Source: Paecilomyces variotii
Lineage: Eukaryota
DNA: 64,000 nt
Assembly (NCBI GenBank): GCA_004022145.1
Contig: RCNU01000014.1
Direction: 5' to 3' (one strand)
Part shown: piece by piece, positions 61,117 through 64,000 of the stretch
How positions within the stretch are numbered: the stretch's first letter is position 1
How the letters are laid out: every line of letters starts with the position of its first letter
The notes under the pieces: model-generated
What the model saw: only the letters and a program-made list of their open reading frames with translations
Database searches by the model: none
What the model was told of the DNA's origin: nothing
Made by a program: the position numbers and the translations under genes

Positions 61117-64000
61117 CTAGGCTACGACTTTCCCTCCGTTCTTGATCCATTTTCGCACCTCGCCTAGTTCCTGGACGCATTCTAGATGGAGTTCCCATGC
61201 GACGTTCCAGTGTTCTCGGACTTTAAAGTCTTCCTCGATGCCTCGGAGATAGGCGCTGTAGCCGCCGCGGGCTGTTCCCGGGATGAGAACTTCTTCGTCA
61301 TCCACGTCGGTGTCCTTTTCGCCTTCGTCGTCCACTTTGAGTCGGGTGGAATCGCCAAAAGCACTTATCCAGTGTGCAGAAAGTCCGGTCTCGACTGAAT
61401 CTTGTCTGGCGTTGAAGTGACGCAGCATGCGACGGTTGAAAACATTCCACTCGCGCATATAGGCGGTCATCTCGGCCACATATCGGTCCCACGCTTGCTT
61501 GGGCAGGACCATCTGTTGCGATCCAGCACGGGCTGCGACCAGAGCTGGCCGAGTAGGACGCTTGGGAGGATTGGGACACTGTAGTTCACGAGGACGCCCT
61601 GATCGTGCGTTGTCATCCGGATTATTCGGGCGCGATTCGAACGGAAGAGTGGTGAAAATGTCGTTTAGGTCGTTAATTCCAACATTGTTTGTGGAAGCCA
61701 ACGGGGTCACATTGTTCAAGCCAGTGAAGTTGTAGATATTAGGCTGTCCGTTCGTCTCAGTCGACTCCGTCTCACTCGTTGGCTGGGTCGATCCTGTCTT
61801 GTTGGCTGCGGTTGACGCTGTAGTATGCGGTTCGTCTTCTCTTGCACCAGGCCGCCATTCAGGGCGGTTTGGCTCCACTGACACGAGCCTAGGCTCACCT
61901 GGTCTATGGCCATTTGCAGGAGGCACAGTAGTCTTGGCGGGGATATCCTCGTCAATGTCCATTGCCTCTCCATCTTTGGAAATTCCCTCTGATGATGCAT
62001 CGCCCTTATCGGGGTGCAGGGTAGCCTTTTCCTCATCCGCCTCCGTCGACACGGTAGGCTGGGACTTCGCGGCAGGCCTTGCCTGCTTCCTGGGACTCCT
62101 TGCACGGCGAGTGTTGGCTTGCTGTTGCGTATTCTCAGGCTGTGGAATAGTCCAGGCAGCATTCTTCAACTGCTCGGCCCAAACATCTGCCGAAAACTTG
62201 GCTTCTGCGAACGGTGTAGGCGCTTGTTTCGATGCGGATGGAGCACGCGAGGTGCCTTGGCTTGAGGAACCGTTCTTCGATTGCGATGAAGCAGTAGACC
62301 TGCCAGGCGTTCGACCACGACCGGGTGATCCTCGTCCACGATTCGCTGCATCCTTAGCTGACGGGGCAAAGAAGTCCGCAGCCCCTTCGAAAGTGTTGCG
62401 CCAGTGATCCGCCGAAAAAGTAGTGTGTAGATTCTCGTGGCTCTTGGATTCTCTGTTCATCGTGGCTTTCGAGGTAGTCGATCCTTGGAAGCTATGAGAC
62501 GGGTCAGCATCATATCCTTGGGTTCTCGATATCGACTTAATTAATGGGTCAGGAAGTTGGCGAAGCGAGGCGCGAATCGCTGCCGCTGATGGAGCTGCGC
62601 TTTTGCCGTCGTCTGTTACCCTGATCCGCTTGGGGGATGTGGCCGGAACCATCACACTGGAAGGGTAGGCCCAATACGGCGGCTGTTTGCGCGGGCCTTT
62701 GGGAGCGGCCTTTGGGGAACAGAATCCCCATTTGCGGGACCAAGAAAGGGTAGATGATTCAGGGGCGGCGTCATACTTATTAGAGGGTTCCTTTGATTCT
62801 CCGGTAACATCACGGGTCTCGCGTTTCTCTGGACGTTGAGCGTTATGCGATTCGGTGGTCGTAGCTGAGGCATGGAAGCCATTCGGGAATGCGGTGCTAT
62901 CTGAGGCATGCCCTTCATAATAATTGTCAGTATTTTCATCCATATATCCGTGATGGCTCCGTGGCCTGGGTCCGTCGAAACGCCTGGGAGGGTGTAGGTG
63001 ATCCGGAGAATCATAATCGGCCGGCCAAACTGAGGGATTCTCACCAGCTCCTGAGTTCCAGTCCTTGTAGAAGTCGGAAAATTTCTGGTTCGGGCGTAGT
63101 CTACTCTTAGGGACGGCCCGTGGCTTGAAAGTAGGCTGGTCTTCATCTTCGTCAAGATCATCCTCGTCCTCGTCTAGGTCACTCGAAGTAGCCGATGAAG
63201 AAAAGGCTCGATCCCGGTTCTTCAGTTGTGGGCTCGCGCTACGATGCCGTCCAGATTTGCTATGCGCAGGGCTGGGAGGATTCGTCCTCGAGTGAGGTCT
63301 CGGGCTGCTAGGGGAGTCCCTTACGGTAGAGGACCGGCCGAGTCCAGAACTTGAGAAGTAAGTCCTTTCGCCTCCGCTGGTTGCGTACCGCGTGCTGAGC
63401 CTTTCAAATCCCGGGATAGTGAACTCTTCTGGTGCAGTGGTCTTCTTTGCGGTGGGAGCTGGTGCCGGTTCGTAAAACGCACGTTCCGGTCTCGGGACAT
63501 TGGTGTAGGCGGAAGTGTTGGCTGCTGGCGGTTCATCGCCGCCTGGTGTCCCTGGAGCAAAGCCCTGCTTCCTCCTGGTGGATGGGGTCCGCGGAGGTCC
63601 AGTAGCAGGCTGCGTCGGCGGAGGCTGCTTCTCATATGCCGTCTTGAAGTATTCGTATGCCGACCTCGGCCTCGCGGATTGTCCGGTTGTTGTCCCCGTT
63701 GGCGTTCCTCTGGGAGCTGGATATGATTTACCGGTCCGAGGATCAAAGTTAGCCCAGCCAGGCGTTGCGTTATTCTTCATCTCCTGGAAACCACGGAAAG
63801 CATCTGCCCGAGTTTGAGGCTCATCCCGCGTCTTCTCCCATGGCTGCTGTTGTGCTGCTCGTGCATATCTGGCAAAGCTCTGCGCACTTGCTGAAGGATG
63901 GGCTTGGTAAGATTGTCGCTGAGAATAGCCTGGTCTAGAAGTCTGGGCCCTTGAGGTAGGAGGTGGTGGCGGAGGAGCATACGGTTGCGACGCGGGTTTT
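61117..64000 (-). CDS. Large, mostly low-complexity conserved fungal protein; 5' end outside the window (possibly a DnaJ-domain protein)
   Basis: The frame is open from 63999 to the stop at 61117. Ordered C-terminal region WDRYVAEM..WNVFN..HWNVAWELH. No J domain is visible inside the window. Confidence 0.7.
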   Translation of the reverse strand, partial: KPASQPYAPPPPPPTSRAQTSRPGYSQRQSYQAHPSASAQSFARYARAAQQQPWEKTRDEPQTRADAFRGFQEMKNNATPGWANFDPRTGKSYPAPRGTPTGTTTGQSARPRSAYEYFKTAYEKQPPPTQPATGPPRTPSTRRKQGFAPGTPGGDEPPAANTSAYTNVPRPERAFYEPAPAPTAKKTTAPEEFTIPGFERLSTRYATSGGERTYFSSSGLGRSSTVRDSPSSPRPHSRTNPPSPAHSKSGRHRSASPQLKNRDRAFSSSATSSDLDEDEDDLDEDEDQPTFKPRAVPKSRLRPNQKFSDFYKDWNSGAGENPSVWPADYDSPDHLHPPRRFDGPRPRSHHGYMDENTDNYYEGHASDSTAFPNGFHASATTTESHNAQRPEKRETRDVTGESKEPSNKYDAAPESSTLSWSRKWGFCSPKAAPKGPRKQPPYWAYPSSVMVPATSPKRIRVTDDGKSAAPSAAAIRASLRQLPDPLIKSISRTQGYDADPSHSFQGSTTSKATMNRESKSHENLHTTFSADHWRNTFEGAADFFAPSAKDAANRGRGSPGRGRTPGRSTASSQSKNGSSSQGTSRAPSASKQAPTPFAEAKFSADVWAEQLKNAAWTIPQPENTQQQANTRRARSPRKQARPAAKSQPTVSTEADEEKATLHPDKGDASSEGISKDGEAMDIDEDIPAKTTVPPANGHRPGEPRLVSVEPNRPEWRPGAREDEPHTTASTAANKTGSTQPTSETESTETNGQPNIYNFTGLNNVTPLASTNNVGINDLNDIFTTLPFESRPNNPDDNARSGRPRELQCPNPPKRPTRPALVAARAGSQQMVLPKQAWDRYVAEMTAYMREWNVFNRRMLRHFNARQDSVETGLSAHWISAFGDSTRLKVDDEGEKDTDVDDEEVLIPGTARGGYSAYLRGIEEDFKVREHWNVAWELHLECVQELGEVRKWIKNGGKVVA

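Overview
Eukaryotic (filamentous ascomycete, Eurotiales) DNA with GT-AG introns. The centre (about 22.9-55.6 kb) is a nine-gene polyketide cluster that I recognise, from gene content, order and motifs, as the already described viriditoxin (vdt) cluster of Paecilomyces variotii. It comprises a laccase, O-methyltransferase, catalytically dead esterase, Baeyer-Villiger monooxygenase, SDR, MFS pump, AflR-like Zn2Cys6 regulator, HR-PKS and NR-PKS. The identification is from memory, not a database search. The flanks carry a GH35 beta-galactosidase, intron-containing tRNA-Asp, HSL-family hydrolase, FAD2-like desaturase, NCL1/Trm4, TRI101-like acetyltransferase, class II aldolase, Mss116-like helicase and a truncated large gene. 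The less obvious signals are: (1) a decayed linoleate-isomerase (PAI)-like gene head-to-head with the desaturase, suggesting a conjugated-fatty-acid module; (2) a tail-to-tail pair of intact orphan genes in an AT-rich island, one with a PD-(D/E)xK nuclease signature; (3) a TCGG-N3-CCGA palindrome in almost every vdt promoter; (4) a 1-nt frameshift and a degenerate ER motif in the HR-PKS vdtX; (5) a LINE RNase H relic between the two PKS genes.
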